A DNA stretch of 64,000 nucleotides from Rhodothermales bacterium (GTDB lineage Bacteria > Bacteroidota > Rhodothermia > Rhodothermales > VXPQ01): contig OX638293.1 in assembly GCA_951812335.1 (NCBI GenBank), forward strand, positions 2,120,731 through 2,184,730, given 5' to 3'. Shown here piece after piece: positions 37,366 through 48,600 of the stretch; position 1 is the stretch's first letter; each line of letters begins with the position of its first letter. The position numbers and the translations under genes are program-made. The notes below the pieces were generated by a model. That model searched no databases, was not told the origin of the DNA, and worked only from the letters and a program-made list of their open reading frames with translations.

Positions 37366-38519
37366 GAGCTTTCGGGCATGCGGATCATCCGGCGCAAGAC
37401 GCGATCAAGCGCTTCGATAGCTCGTTCCACGTCTTCGTGCGTCGTGTTCCTGCCCACCGAAAAACGCAGGAAGGCCGCCGCGGTGTCGCGATCCATCCCC
37501 ATGGCCATCAGTACATGGCTGGGCTCGAGGGCGCCGCTCGTACATGCGGAGCCGGCGGATACGCAGATGTTTTCCATATCCATGTTCAGGAGCAGCATTT
37601 CCCCGTCTATGGGTCGGTCGTTTACGGGCGGAACCACCACACCGAGAATATGCGGCGCCGCTTCGTCGGAATCGGAAGGGGTAACGATGCGGACCGTTGC
37701 CCCGGCCACGGCTTGTATGCCGGTTCGGAGCCGGTCTCGCATCGCTTCGGCATGCCGCTTGCGGGATTCCCCTTCGTCAAAGGCAAGTTCCAGCGCTTTG
37801 GCAAAGCCGGCAATGGCCGCCACATTTTCCGTGCCCGCCCGACGCCCGCGTTCCTGCTTGCCCCCCCGGAGCACAGGCCCCACATCGATCCCGCCGCGTA
37901 CGAACAAGGCGCCAATGCCCTTCGGGCCATAAAACTTGTGTCCCGAGAGCGTCGTCAGATCCGCTGCGGGGAACATGGCGTAGCCCACCGTCTGCACCGC
38001 ATCGCAGTGGAATATCAGGCCCTTCGCATGGCATATCTCGGCGATTCCGCGAACCGGCGACAGGGCGCCCGTCTCGTTGTTCGCATGCATGATGGAAACA
38101 AGCGTCACCCCGGCGCAGGCCTCGCTGTCAAGCGCCCGGGCGATGTCCTCAGCCGAGACGGCGCCGAACCTGCCGGGCGTCAACATATGCACGGTCCTGC
38201 CGAAAGATTGCAAGGCTTCCCCGGAACGAAGCACCGATTCGTGCTCGGCGGCACAGGTCAGCACACCGCCGGATGCGGCCCCAAGCGCCATGTTGTTGGA
38301 CTCCGTGCCCCCGCTCGTGAAAACAATCTCTCCCGGTTCGGCGCCCAGAAGGGCCGCCACCTTTTCGCGACATTCCTCGACCGCGAAACGCGCCTGCCTG
38401 CCCAGGGCATGCACCGAAGAGGCATTGCCGAACTGCTCCCCGAAGAAAGGCTGCATGGCCTCGAGCACGCGCGCGTCAAGCGGCGTCGTGGCGGCATGAT
38501 CGAGGTAGACGGGATGCAT
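37362..38519 (-). CDS. cysteine desulfurase (NifS/IscS class)
   Basis: 385 aa with YLDHAATTP, PLP-lysine SGHKFYGPKG and active-site SAGSACTSG. Confidence 0.85.
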   Translation of the reverse strand: MHPVYLDHAATTPLDARVLEAMQPFFGEQFGNASSVHALGRQARFAVEECREKVAALLGAEPGEIVFTSGGTESNNMALGAASGGVLTCAAEHESVLRSGEALQSFGRTVHMLTPGRFGAVSAEDIARALDSEACAGVTLVSIMHANNETGALSPVRGIAEICHAKGLIFHCDAVQTVGYAMFPAADLTTLSGHKFYGPKGIGALFVRGGIDVGPVLRGGKQERGRRAGTENVAAIAGFAKALELAFDEGESRKRHAEAMRDRLRTGIQAVAGATVRIVTPSDSDEAAPHILGVVVPPVNDRPIDGEMLLLNMDMENICVSAGSACTSGALEPSHVLMAMGMDRDTAAAFLRFSVGRNTTHEDVERAIEALDRVLRRMIRMPESS

Positions 38520-38647
38520 AATGCGGGTGGTTCGTGGGCGCCAGGGTGGAACATGTCAAAATACCCTTTTACCGAATCGGATTCATAGCCTGTTTCCATA
38601 TTGTCCGACGCATGGAATCCCGGACGGTGTGCGGTATATTACGAGCT

Positions 38648-39967
38648 ATGGACAAACTTATCATAGAAGGCGGACATGCGCTCTCCGGCTCCCTGTCTGT
38701 GAGCGGCTCCAAGAATACGGCGCTGCCGCTGATGGCGGCTGCGCTCCTTGCAGACGGCACGTCCGTGCTGTCCCGTATTCCCAACCTGCGAGACGTCAAG
38801 ACCTTTGCGCACGTTTTGCGTATCTCCGGGGCCGCTGTCCAATTCGACGCAGCCCGGAACGAAATGACGGTGGACGCAAGCGGGGTAAACTACCCGGAAG
38901 CCCCCTACGAACTGGTGAAGAAGATGCGTGCCTCCTTCTACATGCTTGGCGCGCTGCTGGGGCGCTGCGGCCATGCCCGCGTGTCGCTTCCGGGAGGATG
39001 CGCCTGGGGGCCGCGCCCCGTGGATCTGCACCTCAAGGGTATGGAAGCTTTGGGTGCGGACATTCGCCTCGATCACGGATATGTCGTAGCGGAAGCAAAA
39101 GGAGGACGCCTGAACGGAGGAACATTCCGCATGAATCCGTCCAGTGTGGGAGCAACGATCAATCTCTTGTTGGCCTCTGTCACGGCGCGAGGCGCATCCC
39201 GAATCGAGCATGCCGCTCGCGAACCGGATGTCGTGGTATTCGGGGAAATGCTCCAAAAAATGGGCGCCAGTATTAAGGGACTCGGAACGGATACGATCGA
39301 CATCGAAGGCGTGCATACACTGTCTCCAGTGAATTTTCATAATGCGCCGGACCGTATCGAACTGGGCACCTTTATGATCGCCGCGGCCATTGCGGGAAAG
39401 CCGGGCCAGCCCGTTCGTATCACGAACGCGGCTCCCGAACACCTTGGAGACGCCTTCGTCGATGCGTTTACGCAAACAGGCGCAGGCTACGAGCCGGGGG
39501 ACGACTACATAGATGTTACCGCCCCGGACAAACTCCTGCCCGTATCCATAGAAACCGGCGTATATCCAGGCTTCCCTACTGATTTACAGGCCCAATGGAC
39601 CGTCCTGCTGGCCCAGGCGTCCGGCAATGCACGGGTCCGTGACACCGTATATTTCGACCGATTCAAACATATTCCCGAGTTGCACCGGATGGGAGCAAAC
39701 GCTATCGTCGTGCAGAACGAAGTCTTTATCGCCGGAGGGAATCACTTGCAGGGAGCAACGGTGATGAGCACCGACCTGCGGGCCGGAGTGTCCCTGGTAT
39801 TGGCCGGCATGGTTGCCGAAGGTGAAACGCATGTGCTGCGCGTCTATCACCTTGATCGGGGATATGAAAACCTGGATGGTAAATTGGCCGATGCAGGCAT
39901 CGCCATCCGGCGCGTGCAGTACGACGAGTTTGCCGACCCGTCCATTAAAGAGCCTATCGCCGGATAA
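38648..39967 (+). CDS. murA: UDP-N-acetylglucosamine 1-carboxyvinyltransferase
   Basis: ORF 38534..39967. The conserved N-terminus begins at MDKLIIEGGHALSGSLSVSGSKNTALPLMAAALLA (38648), giving 439 aa. Confidence 0.9.
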   Translation: MDKLIIEGGHALSGSLSVSGSKNTALPLMAAALLADGTSVLSRIPNLRDVKTFAHVLRISGAAVQFDAARNEMTVDASGVNYPEAPYELVKKMRASFYMLGALLGRCGHARVSLPGGCAWGPRPVDLHLKGMEALGADIRLDHGYVVAEAKGGRLNGGTFRMNPSSVGATINLLLASVTARGASRIEHAAREPDVVVFGEMLQKMGASIKGLGTDTIDIEGVHTLSPVNFHNAPDRIELGTFMIAAAIAGKPGQPVRITNAAPEHLGDAFVDAFTQTGAGYEPGDDYIDVTAPDKLLPVSIETGVYPGFPTDLQAQWTVLLAQASGNARVRDTVYFDRFKHIPELHRMGANAIVVQNEVFIAGGNHLQGATVMSTDLRAGVSLVLAGMVAEGETHVLRVYHLDRGYENLDGKLADAGIAIRRVQYDEFADPSIKEPIAG

Positions 39968-40298
39968 GCGCAGGCACAGGCCCTTTCGCACCCGGCGATC
40001 TGTTGAACCGCTGTGGGTGGCTTATGGCGCAACACGCCTACCCGCCGATTGATCCTTGTTTTTATATAACCTCCATGCGTTCCCCTTTCGCAATTTTACG
40101 AAACGTATTCACCATAACTCCCTTGCCGCCAACCAAAAAAGAAGTGGAGGCGAAACGCCGGGAATCCGGTAGGCGAATCGTTGCCAGGGGCTTCTCCGGC
40201 AACGCGTTGATGTAGCAGGGCAGGTACGTTACACGGGAAGAACTCGAAGAGGAGCGCAATAGCGCCCTGTTATTTCCTGGCGCAGTCTTTCGGTCGAG

Positions 40299-41033
40299 TT
40301 AAAAAAACCCAAAGGAAAGCCCCAGTTTGTAAACAAACCGGTTTTTGGTATGAGAAATACGCTCCACCATAAAATGATGAATGTACTTCTGCGCTTCTGT
40401 AGTAACCGCCAGCCTGTTGCCGACGGGAACCGCTACGCGTAGACCGACTTCCAAGGCCTTGAAGCGTTCGTGATAATTTCTACCCCAATAACCGTCTACA
40501 AAATCATGGTCGTAAAAAAAGTCAAGCGTGCAATGGGAAATGGGAATTCTGCTCTCTGTGCACATGTAGGAAATGTCTATATGATCACCACTAGCAGAGT
40601 GCCAGGATAGGCCGCTGAACAGGCTCAGGGAAACAAGAGGAATTTGTGTAGAGACCACGTACAAGCGGACTCCGGCAATATGGCTGCTATGAGAATAGAC
40701 GGGAATAGGGCATGGAGGTTCTTCCGGCGGACCACAAAGTCCGTAAGGGGCCCTACTACTCCTATCCTCACGCACTTCATCGTCCCAATACCCCCAGTGT
40801 AGGCCACCCTCTAAGAAAATCCCGCGGGCGATCGAAAAAGGCCGGCTCGTAATTTGCACTTCCCGATAGAATTCGTAGAGGGATTGGCCCTCATCCTCAG
40901 GCTGAAAATTTCGGATGTCCCCGCCCTGCACGGATACATTCAACCGGGGAGAGTGCGCTGTTTGCGCCGTTGCCGAGGATGTCAACAGGATACAGCCGGC
41001 AAGTAGCAGGGTATAACGCGGCATATGGATCAC
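40299..41033 (-). CDS. hypothetical outer-membrane beta-barrel protein
   Basis: 244 aa with signal peptide ..SSATAQ and C-terminus ..YKLGLSFGFF (terminal Phe, OMP-like). Local G+C is visibly low (39% in a 100-nt spot count). Confidence 0.45.
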   Translation of the reverse strand: MIHMPRYTLLLAGCILLTSSATAQTAHSPRLNVSVQGGDIRNFQPEDEGQSLYEFYREVQITSRPFSIARGIFLEGGLHWGYWDDEVREDRSSRAPYGLCGPPEEPPCPIPVYSHSSHIAGVRLYVVSTQIPLVSLSLFSGLSWHSASGDHIDISYMCTESRIPISHCTLDFFYDHDFVDGYWGRNYHERFKALEVGLRVAVPVGNRLAVTTEAQKYIHHFMVERISHTKNRFVYKLGLSFGFF

Positions 41034-41060
41034 CGTTGAGTAATGTCGTACGAAGGCAGC

Positions 41061-42995
41061 TTATTTGAGCAAGGTCATACGCCTGGTTTGCACGAAGGAC
41101 CCTGCCTCGATCCGATAGAGATAGATTCCACTGGGCAGGCCCGTTGCATCCCACCTCGCTTCATGGTAACCGGCTCCCAGGGTCTTATCGAGAAGGCGTT
41201 CCACCTCGCGTCCCATCACATCGTAGACAATGAGTGAAACCGCCGAGGCCTCCGGCAAAGTAAATCGGATCTCCGTAGACGGATTGAAGGGATTCGGGTA
41301 GTTACTCGCCAGCGCGTACGTCTCCTGCAGAGCCGTCAACGACGAATTCTGCGACGCCTCGCCGGCCGTTTGCTTGTACAATGGGCCCTCCGGCGGGCCC
41401 TCCGGGTCGTGGGGCGATCCATACTCCGTGACCAAGATCTCCTTGTAAACAGTCATTGGGATACGGCGGCCGTCGTCGGTGACGGTGAGCTTGAGGCGAT
41501 GCGAACTGTTGAAGCTGCTTGTGAAGCTGCGACCGCCGCCAGCAGAGCCCCAACCATTGCAGGGGACTTCCCGTATACCCAGCGGAGCATTATTATCGCA
41601 GTGCCGCATCTTGCTCCACCGGTAGCTGTAAGGCGGCCGGCCGCCTGACGCATAGGCTGTCCAGGTGGCTTGTTGGCCTGCAGCTAAATAATCCGGACCC
41701 GAGATCGACACCGACGAAAGCGGGGGCGGCGTTCGAAAATTAGCCATCGTAGAGGCGGTATTTCGAAGCTTCTGTGCGACGTTGTTATTGCTGGTGCCCG
41801 TTGCTATGCCATTATAGGATACACTGGGATTTGAGAACCGTTGAATTCGATTACCTAGACGCCCTAGCGCGTGCATGATCGTCCAGTTATAGCCTCCTCC
41901 ACTGATCGCCCATCCGTATCCGTGGGCGCTTCCGGGCGCGTCGTCACACGCGTGGCCATAAATTGAGCATTGCTGGTGATGTGCTCCTTGAAGGTGACCG
42001 ATTTCGTGTGCGAAAGTGAATCTTCCTGTAGCATGCTCAGCCTCTACGACCGCATAAGCATAACTATTCGACGGGCCGATGGCTCGCACTCTGCCGTATG
42101 TGCCGCCATTTTCATAGTTTCCATCGGTTAACAAGACTACCACGTCAGCAGACCAGGTATTGCGTAAGTTATTCGCTTCCCAGTTACTTGCCAGACTGTT
42201 CACGGTCGCTCCACTATTGCTAGTTTCCTGGAAATTGATGAGGCTCATAGTGCGAATACGGTGGATATTGAGTTGACTGCTTGTGATGCCGCTGTTTCGG
42301 TATGCTGTCCTCGCTTGATCGATGCCCGTTATTGCGGTATTGAAAATGTTTCCTACGGCCCTAGAGGCATCGTCCGTGTAAAGCACCAATACGTCGAGCG
42401 TCACATTGCTCGAACCCGTCTTTTGCAAAGCCGGCCGAGGAGATTCATCTTGCCTCTCCCCGTCATTCGCATCCGGAGGCGTGTCATCACCCATTGGAAA
42501 CCGGCTCATATCCACGGTGATCAGGGCATGCAGGCCGCCTCCCAGAGGTTCGATTTTATACCATTGGCCTCCTTCCAAATCGATAACCCCTGTGACCTCT
42601 CCAGGGCTTTGAACCAGAACTACACTGCCCTTTCCCGAAAGCAGTCTCCCGCGCCAGAGATAGGTGTCGGGGGGATGATGCTCTTCGCCAGCTTGCTCAG
42701 CGACGAATTCCTCATCTCGGCTCGGAAGATTGATCACAAGCTTGCCTCTACGAAAAGCCGGAAGGAGATCGTCGATGCGCACCAGTTCGATGTGTCCCGA
42801 CGTTTCCTGTTGTTCGAACGTGCGGAATTTTCGCTCCTGCTCGGCATTTAATGCTTGTTGCTTCCCGGCAAAAGGCGCAAAAAGCCTGTCTTGAGCCAGT
42901 AGGCTGCTGCTCGGAAGGACAAATAACGCCAAGAGCGTCAGGACAACAAAACGTCCGCGCGAAAAGATAGCTGTGGTCATTGCCGTTACCTTCAT
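41061..42995 (-). CDS. secreted metzincin (reprolysin/M12B-like) zinc protease with T9SS C-terminal sorting domain
   Basis: ORF 41061..43457, but it overlaps the upstream gene. The signal-peptide start is MKVTAMTTAIFSRGRFVVLTLLALFVL at 42995 (644 aa). The zinc site is HEIGHLQGAHH (HExxHxxGxxH). The CTD is NYPNPFNPSTEIRF..IYLYRIEAG..RRMTLLK. Confidence 0.75.
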   Translation of the reverse strand: MKVTAMTTAIFSRGRFVVLTLLALFVLPSSSLLAQDRLFAPFAGKQQALNAEQERKFRTFEQQETSGHIELVRIDDLLPAFRRGKLVINLPSRDEEFVAEQAGEEHHPPDTYLWRGRLLSGKGSVVLVQSPGEVTGVIDLEGGQWYKIEPLGGGLHALITVDMSRFPMGDDTPPDANDGERQDESPRPALQKTGSSNVTLDVLVLYTDDASRAVGNIFNTAITGIDQARTAYRNSGITSSQLNIHRIRTMSLINFQETSNSGATVNSLASNWEANNLRNTWSADVVVLLTDGNYENGGTYGRVRAIGPSNSYAYAVVEAEHATGRFTFAHEIGHLQGAHHQQCSIYGHACDDAPGSAHGYGWAISGGGYNWTIMHALGRLGNRIQRFSNPSVSYNGIATGTSNNNVAQKLRNTASTMANFRTPPPLSSVSISGPDYLAAGQQATWTAYASGGRPPYSYRWSKMRHCDNNAPLGIREVPCNGWGSAGGGRSFTSSFNSSHRLKLTVTDDGRRIPMTVYKEILVTEYGSPHDPEGPPEGPLYKQTAGEASQNSSLTALQETYALASNYPNPFNPSTEIRFTLPEASAVSLIVYDVMGREVERLLDKTLGAGYHEARWDATGLPSGIYLYRIEAGSFVQTRRMTLLK

Positions 42996-43269
42996 GGGTA
43001 CTGCCGGATAAAATGAGAAAAAGGCGCCCTGTAGCGAAAGGAGCAAATCGGCTACTCCACACCTCCATGCAGCGCGAAAAAAATAATGCGCCCCCATTGG
43101 GCGCATTATTGGATGATAGGACGGGATATGGGCATTATCAAGCCCCTTAGAAAAAATCCGGTTGATCGCGGAATATTCACGATCGTGGCCTGATCCTTGG
43201 CCGGACAAGGAAGCGCCAATTTGTAAACCGTGTTCCGTTCGTCCCCGCCTGTTTGCAGGATGCGGAGCG

Positions 43270-44208
43270 TCACGAAGAAGAAAGCACCTGGTCCATTCGG
43301 CGAGCGATTTCTTCGAGCCGCTCACGCCCCCCTCCTGGAATTTCTGCGGTGGCCCAGCCGGTAAAACCAATGTCCGCCAAGTGCTTGCGAACGGCGGACC
43401 AGTTGACATCTCCTTCGCCGAGCGGAACGCGGAAACCGGCGTACATCCCTTCCTCATTGCGCTTCTGACGGCTGAACTCCTTCACATCCAGCTTGAGAAT
43501 GCGGTCGCCGAGAATGCGAATCCAGTGCTCCGGCCAGCCGAACGTGACCACGTTGCCGATATCGAAATACGCCCCGATCCAACCGCTTTCGAATTCGTCG
43601 ATGTACCGGACAAATTCGAGCGGGCTCATCAGGAAATTATTCCAGACGTTCTCGATAGCAATACGGACGCCCAATGAACGGGCTTCCGGCAGGGCCTTGC
43701 GAATTTCGGCCTGCGAACGCCGCCATGCATCGTCGTAGGAAACGTTTTCCTGGACGACAGCGGGTACGAGCAATACCGTGGAGGCGCCGTAGGCCGCTGC
43801 ATCGTTAAGAGCAATGCGGAGCCCCTCCAACCCTTCTTCCCGGATAGCGGGGTCCGGATCCGAGAGCGTCTTGTTCCAGTGCACCATGTCCACTACCCCG
43901 TGAATCGGCAAGCCAACTGCATGGGAAGCCGCAACCACTTCTTCCTGCACCAGATCGTTCGGACTGCCCATTTCCACCCCGTCGAATCCCAGCTCCGAAA
44001 GCAACATGAATTTGTCCCGGACGGAGCCCTCCGCATGCACCATATCGTACTTCACGGCTTTGGAGATCCCCGGCATGGATGTACGGGAAGGCGAACGCGT
44101 CGTGACACGGGAGGATGCACCCATCGTGAAGCCGGGAACAGTACCTGTAAAGCCTGCGACGCCGCCCGAAGCGGCTCCCAGCATACCCAGAAAATGTCGT
44201 CTGTCCAT
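43270..44208 (-). CDS. Tat-exported sugar phosphate isomerase/epimerase (xylose-isomerase-like TIM barrel)
   Basis: 312 aa with Tat motif MDRRHFLGMLGAASG. ELGFDGVEM, IAIENVWNNF and FDIGNV are typical of the family. Confidence 0.75.
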   Translation of the reverse strand: MDRRHFLGMLGAASGGVAGFTGTVPGFTMGASSRVTTRSPSRTSMPGISKAVKYDMVHAEGSVRDKFMLLSELGFDGVEMGSPNDLVQEEVVAASHAVGLPIHGVVDMVHWNKTLSDPDPAIREEGLEGLRIALNDAAAYGASTVLLVPAVVQENVSYDDAWRRSQAEIRKALPEARSLGVRIAIENVWNNFLMSPLEFVRYIDEFESGWIGAYFDIGNVVTFGWPEHWIRILGDRILKLDVKEFSRQKRNEEGMYAGFRVPLGEGDVNWSAVRKHLADIGFTGWATAEIPGGGRERLEEIARRMDQVLSSS

Positions 44209-44232
44209 AGTGTGTAGCGAGTTGCTATGGTG

Positions 44233-45555
44233 TTACTCGCCTGCACTGGCGAGGAACGATCGATTGAGACGGGTACGCCCTGGCGCCGGCACCGGCGCGG
44301 GAGGCATATCTCCAAAAGACAGCGTGTTCGGTACCAGATCCATATCGGCGGTCAGCATATCCTCCCAGGTCAGTTGCTGCCCCGTGTAGGCGCTCTCGCG
44401 TCCAAGCACGGCAATCATGGTGCTGTCCGCTATCTGGCGCGTCTCGTTGACAGGCTGTCCCGCCCGAATGGCTGCAATAAGGTCCGTATGCTCGACCACA
44501 TAGGCATTGTTGCCCTTTTCGGAGCGGCGGAAAAGCACGCCCCCGTCGTGCGAGCGTATGATCGAACTGTCAGGATGCAGATCGGCTACCCCTTTCGTGC
44601 CGACGATGCGGTTCGTAACGCGCCCGGTAGCCCCCTCGAACTGGCGGCACTTCGCCTCTACGCGGACATCGCCGGAAAAAGCATATTCCACCGAAAAGTG
44701 GTCGTAAATGTGTCCGTAGGAAGGATCGACGCGCGAAAGGCGCCCGCCCATACCGATGGCGCGCTCGGGTACCTGCCCCATAACCCACTGGATGACGTCG
44801 AGGTTATGCACGAACTGCTCCACGATGTGGTCCCCTGAAAGCCAGGTGAAGTAATACCAGTTCCGGCATTGCCATTCCATATCCGACATACCGGGAAGAC
44901 GCGGGCGCAGCCAGATGGGACCCGTCATGTAATAGGCATAGGCGCCCGTGATCTCGCCGATCAGTCCCCCGTGAATCTCGGCCACGGCGTCCATGAAGCT
45001 GGGCTGGCGGCGGTAGAGCGTACCCGCCACCACGGAAAGCCCCCTCTCGTCGGCTAATTCGCCCGCCTCAACGATCGACCGGTATCCGGCCACATCGACC
45101 TGCGTGGGCTTTTCCATGAACACATGCTTGCCGGATTCGACCGCGTAGCGGAACTGCACAGGACGAAATCCCGGCGGCGTGGCGAGAATTACATATTCCA
45201 CATCGCTGTCGATCACGTGCCGGTAGTTGTCGAACCCGGTGAACGTGCGTTCGTCCGTCACATTGAGTCGGTCGCCGATATGCTCCTGCAGGCGCCGCCG
45301 GGAATCTTCCAGCCGGTCTTCAAAGAGATCGCCCATGGCGTACACCTCGATTCCCTCTGCCGCCTCGACGGCATTCACTGCAGCGCCCGTGCCGCGTCCG
45401 CCACACCCGACCAGACCGACCCGCATGGCGTCCGACCCCGCCGCCCAGGCGAAATTCCCGGAACGCATGAGCGCAGAGGCGCCCGCTGCTGCTGCCGATG
45501 ACTGGATGAACCTGCGCCGGGTCAACCCGGTGTTTCGTACGTTCGTGTCCTCCAT
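44233..45555 (-). CDS. Tat-exported Gfo/Idh/MocA-family oxidoreductase
   Basis: 440 aa with Tat motif TRRRFIQSSAAAAGA and Rossmann RVGLVGCGGRGTGA. Confidence 0.8.
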   Translation of the reverse strand: MEDTNVRNTGLTRRRFIQSSAAAAGASALMRSGNFAWAAGSDAMRVGLVGCGGRGTGAAVNAVEAAEGIEVYAMGDLFEDRLEDSRRRLQEHIGDRLNVTDERTFTGFDNYRHVIDSDVEYVILATPPGFRPVQFRYAVESGKHVFMEKPTQVDVAGYRSIVEAGELADERGLSVVAGTLYRRQPSFMDAVAEIHGGLIGEITGAYAYYMTGPIWLRPRLPGMSDMEWQCRNWYYFTWLSGDHIVEQFVHNLDVIQWVMGQVPERAIGMGGRLSRVDPSYGHIYDHFSVEYAFSGDVRVEAKCRQFEGATGRVTNRIVGTKGVADLHPDSSIIRSHDGGVLFRRSEKGNNAYVVEHTDLIAAIRAGQPVNETRQIADSTMIAVLGRESAYTGQQLTWEDMLTADMDLVPNTLSFGDMPPAPVPAPGRTRLNRSFLASAGE

Positions 45556-45682
45556 TGCTTTTTCCCGGTTGGTATATGGTTGCGCACATCGCCACGCTCA
45601 TGCCGCAATATAACCGGGCGGAAGCATTGTTGCCGGAACAAAAGGCGACCGAAGGCCGAGTCGGCGGCAGGACATGAAACCA

Positions 45683-48600
45683 TCAGAACAATGCGCTCAT
45701 CTGGATTTGCATCGTGTGGATGACCGGCGCGGCGGCAGGCGCGCGCCCATCGTACGAAAAAGTCGCCCGGAGGTATTGGTTCACGGTGTAGCGGGCGCGG
45801 AAAGACCACAAACTCGACCAGCCGGGGCCCCTGCCGTCCGTCAATTCAAACCGGGCCAGACCGAGAGCCTCGCCATCGAGCCGCACGCGGGCGACTTCTG
45901 CGCGCAAGGTGGTCTGCAGTTTCCGAGGAATCGTATACCGGAGTTCCGCCGGGGCTTTCAGAATTTGTGCGCTACGCGCGCCGAAATCATCCTTTTTTCG
46001 CCCGTACGAGGCAGAGGTTATCACCTGCACACGGTCCGAAACAGCATAGGAAACCTCCGGCTCCAGGCGAAATCCGGACACGTCATAGCGGCGCGAAGCA
46101 AAGGCGTCGCTCGCAAGACGATCCTGCTCGCCGGCAACCACGGCCCGCAGCCCCCAGTTCGGCCCCGGACGCCAGCGCCCTTCCATGCGCCAGCCGTCCA
46201 CAAACCGTTCCTCCTGACCGGCAGCAAGCTCGCTCAGGCTGCGAAGCCGGTTCAAGGAAAGGTCCAATCCGTAATCCGGACTGGATCGAAACAGGAAAAT
46301 GTCCTGCCCCAGACGGAATCGCCCGTTCATCGTGTGTTCGGCATTCCGGAATCGGTTCAGGTCCAGCAGGTATATGGATGTGGTGTTCGGATCTCTCGTT
46401 TTTTCCTGCACTTCGATCACGGTCCGCGCCGCGACATGCGACAGCCTTCGTTTCCAGCGGTTGTCCGAACGGCCCCATACCCGCTGCGGATCCAGTTCCA
46501 GCCGGATACGGCTCCGGACGTTCACTACGGATACAAGCGTATCCGAGGGAATGTAGGTTCGCACGTAGGAACCCTCGTTCGGCAACCGTTCCGGAAGCAG
46601 TTCGTCGATCTGTACAAGGCCGTCCTCGTTTCCGTCCTCCCAAACGAATTGCCCGATCTCGGGGCCGGTACGTATGTATATCTCCTGCAAGACAGGCGAG
46701 CGCTCCGTCATGCCATCGTACAACACATTCGCCTGGACAGCCCGGGAAAACGGGCGCCACACCCCGCTGAGTTTCAACAAGACGGACTCGGCGTCCTTCC
46801 TGTTCTGTTCTATGCGGAAGCGCTCGGTGAACCGCCGCGCGCGAAAACCGACGCTTCCTTCCGCGTCCAGCACGGAAGAAGGCCGCCACTCGAACGTCGT
46901 GCGTCCGGTCCATGAAGCGGCGGCCGGCTTCACGCTGCCCGCAATCCAGTTGTCCTCCACGCGGCGTTCGACAAAAGTCGCCACCCCGAAGGCGCCGTCT
47001 TTCCAGGCCAGACCCGGACGCACCTCCAGAAACCGAAACGACGGACGCAGCAGACTGTCCGCTCCGACCGCCTCCTGCATCCGATCTTCGTGCTCGAATT
47101 CGATACGCGGCGACAGTCGCCCGCCGCCCAACGGATACTCCATGGAACCCGATTGCCGGAACCACCGGCCTCGTTCGTCCGCTACCGAATCGTTGGCGGT
47201 AATTGCCTCGGCCCGGTAATCGAGCCGGGGCAGCCTGCCTTCATGCACCGCCACATAGGCTGCGCGGCGATCCGCCTCGAACCCATCCCCCAACGCAATC
47301 CGCCCCAATTCGCCCCGCACATTCGAATCCTCAAGAAAATCGAATCGCAGATTGCCTTCATCGATCGTCTCATCCGCTGCAAGACTGCCGACGCCGGGAT
47401 TACGCCGGGACGTTATATTCCACCGGCGCTCGAATTCAACCGGGCGGATTCGATCGAACGCAGCGAAAGAGGAGGCCACATGCCTGCGGCGCATTTCTCC
47501 GGACAACCGGACGCCGCCAAGAGAAGACGGCTTCAGGCGTACGCCGGCAAGCACGGCGTCCCCGATATCGTCGGAGGCGTCCAGCGTGGACAAACGATTC
47601 CCGTCATTCAAGCTGCGGCCCCACTCGCCGAACACTTCGAAAGCGGGTATGGGCGAGAAGGCGCCCCGCATATCGATCATGCGGTGCATTTCGGGCTTGG
47701 GAAGAAGACGCACCGGAAGGTAACTCCCCATACCAGGCCCACGATACTCGTACAGAATACCGTTGACGGCCCGGCCCGTGCGCTCGTAACTGCCGAGTCC
47801 TTCGCCTACATGCGTGAATCGCACGCGAAACACGGCTTCCGAAGGGAGAGGCGCCCGGTCAAGCGCCACATATATCGTATCGACTCCAGGCCGAATCTCC
47901 CTGCGGTACTGAATGTACGGCGCTTCCGGATCGAACTCGACGCGCTGAGCCGCTCCGGCAATAGCCATCCCGTCGCCTGCATTCGCAAGCGCCAGAGAAT
48001 CCTCCGCGCCGAATCCGAATTCCTCGCTGAAATCCCGGCTGTCCGCCTCCCGGATCACCGAAATCCCGAATCGACCGGACATGCCGCGCTCCGTCGTTTC
48101 GGGATGTTGAAGGAAATTCATCTCCATTTCAACCCCGGCAAGCGTCCGCGTGAACCGGCTCGTCGAATACTGAAATTCGACCTTGATGCGCATATCCGCC
48201 GTCACAATGAGATTCGACGTAAAGGAAATCTCTGCGGTGGCGTAGTCGATGACGTAATCGTTCGTCTCGCCTCGAACGAGACGCTGCCCATCCACGAAAA
48301 CGGTTTCGGAACCGGGCACGACAAGCACGAATCGCTCGCCCTCCGCCCCTTCAAGCCGGTAGGGCCCCTGTACGCCGTCAAGCGGCTCTATCTCCTGCGA
48401 CCGAAACAACCCCCGGGTCACGGCCCCCGACGCCTTGACCCGGCCCCCGATCCTGCTCCCGTCGGGCAGCGAAGCGATCACGGAGACGCCCTGCAACCTT
48501 CTGGAAAACGCGCTGAATTCGCCGGAAGCGAACCGGAGGTCGAAATCGCCCAATTCCGCCCGCGCATGGGGTACGTCCAGGCCGATAAACACGCGATCGA

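Noticed and set aside
39968-40298. Small ORFs 40003..40215 (+) and 40062..40259 (-) in the murA/OMP convergent spacer
   Set aside because: They have no signal, motif or plausible composition. They overlap each other on opposite strands and are most likely non-coding.
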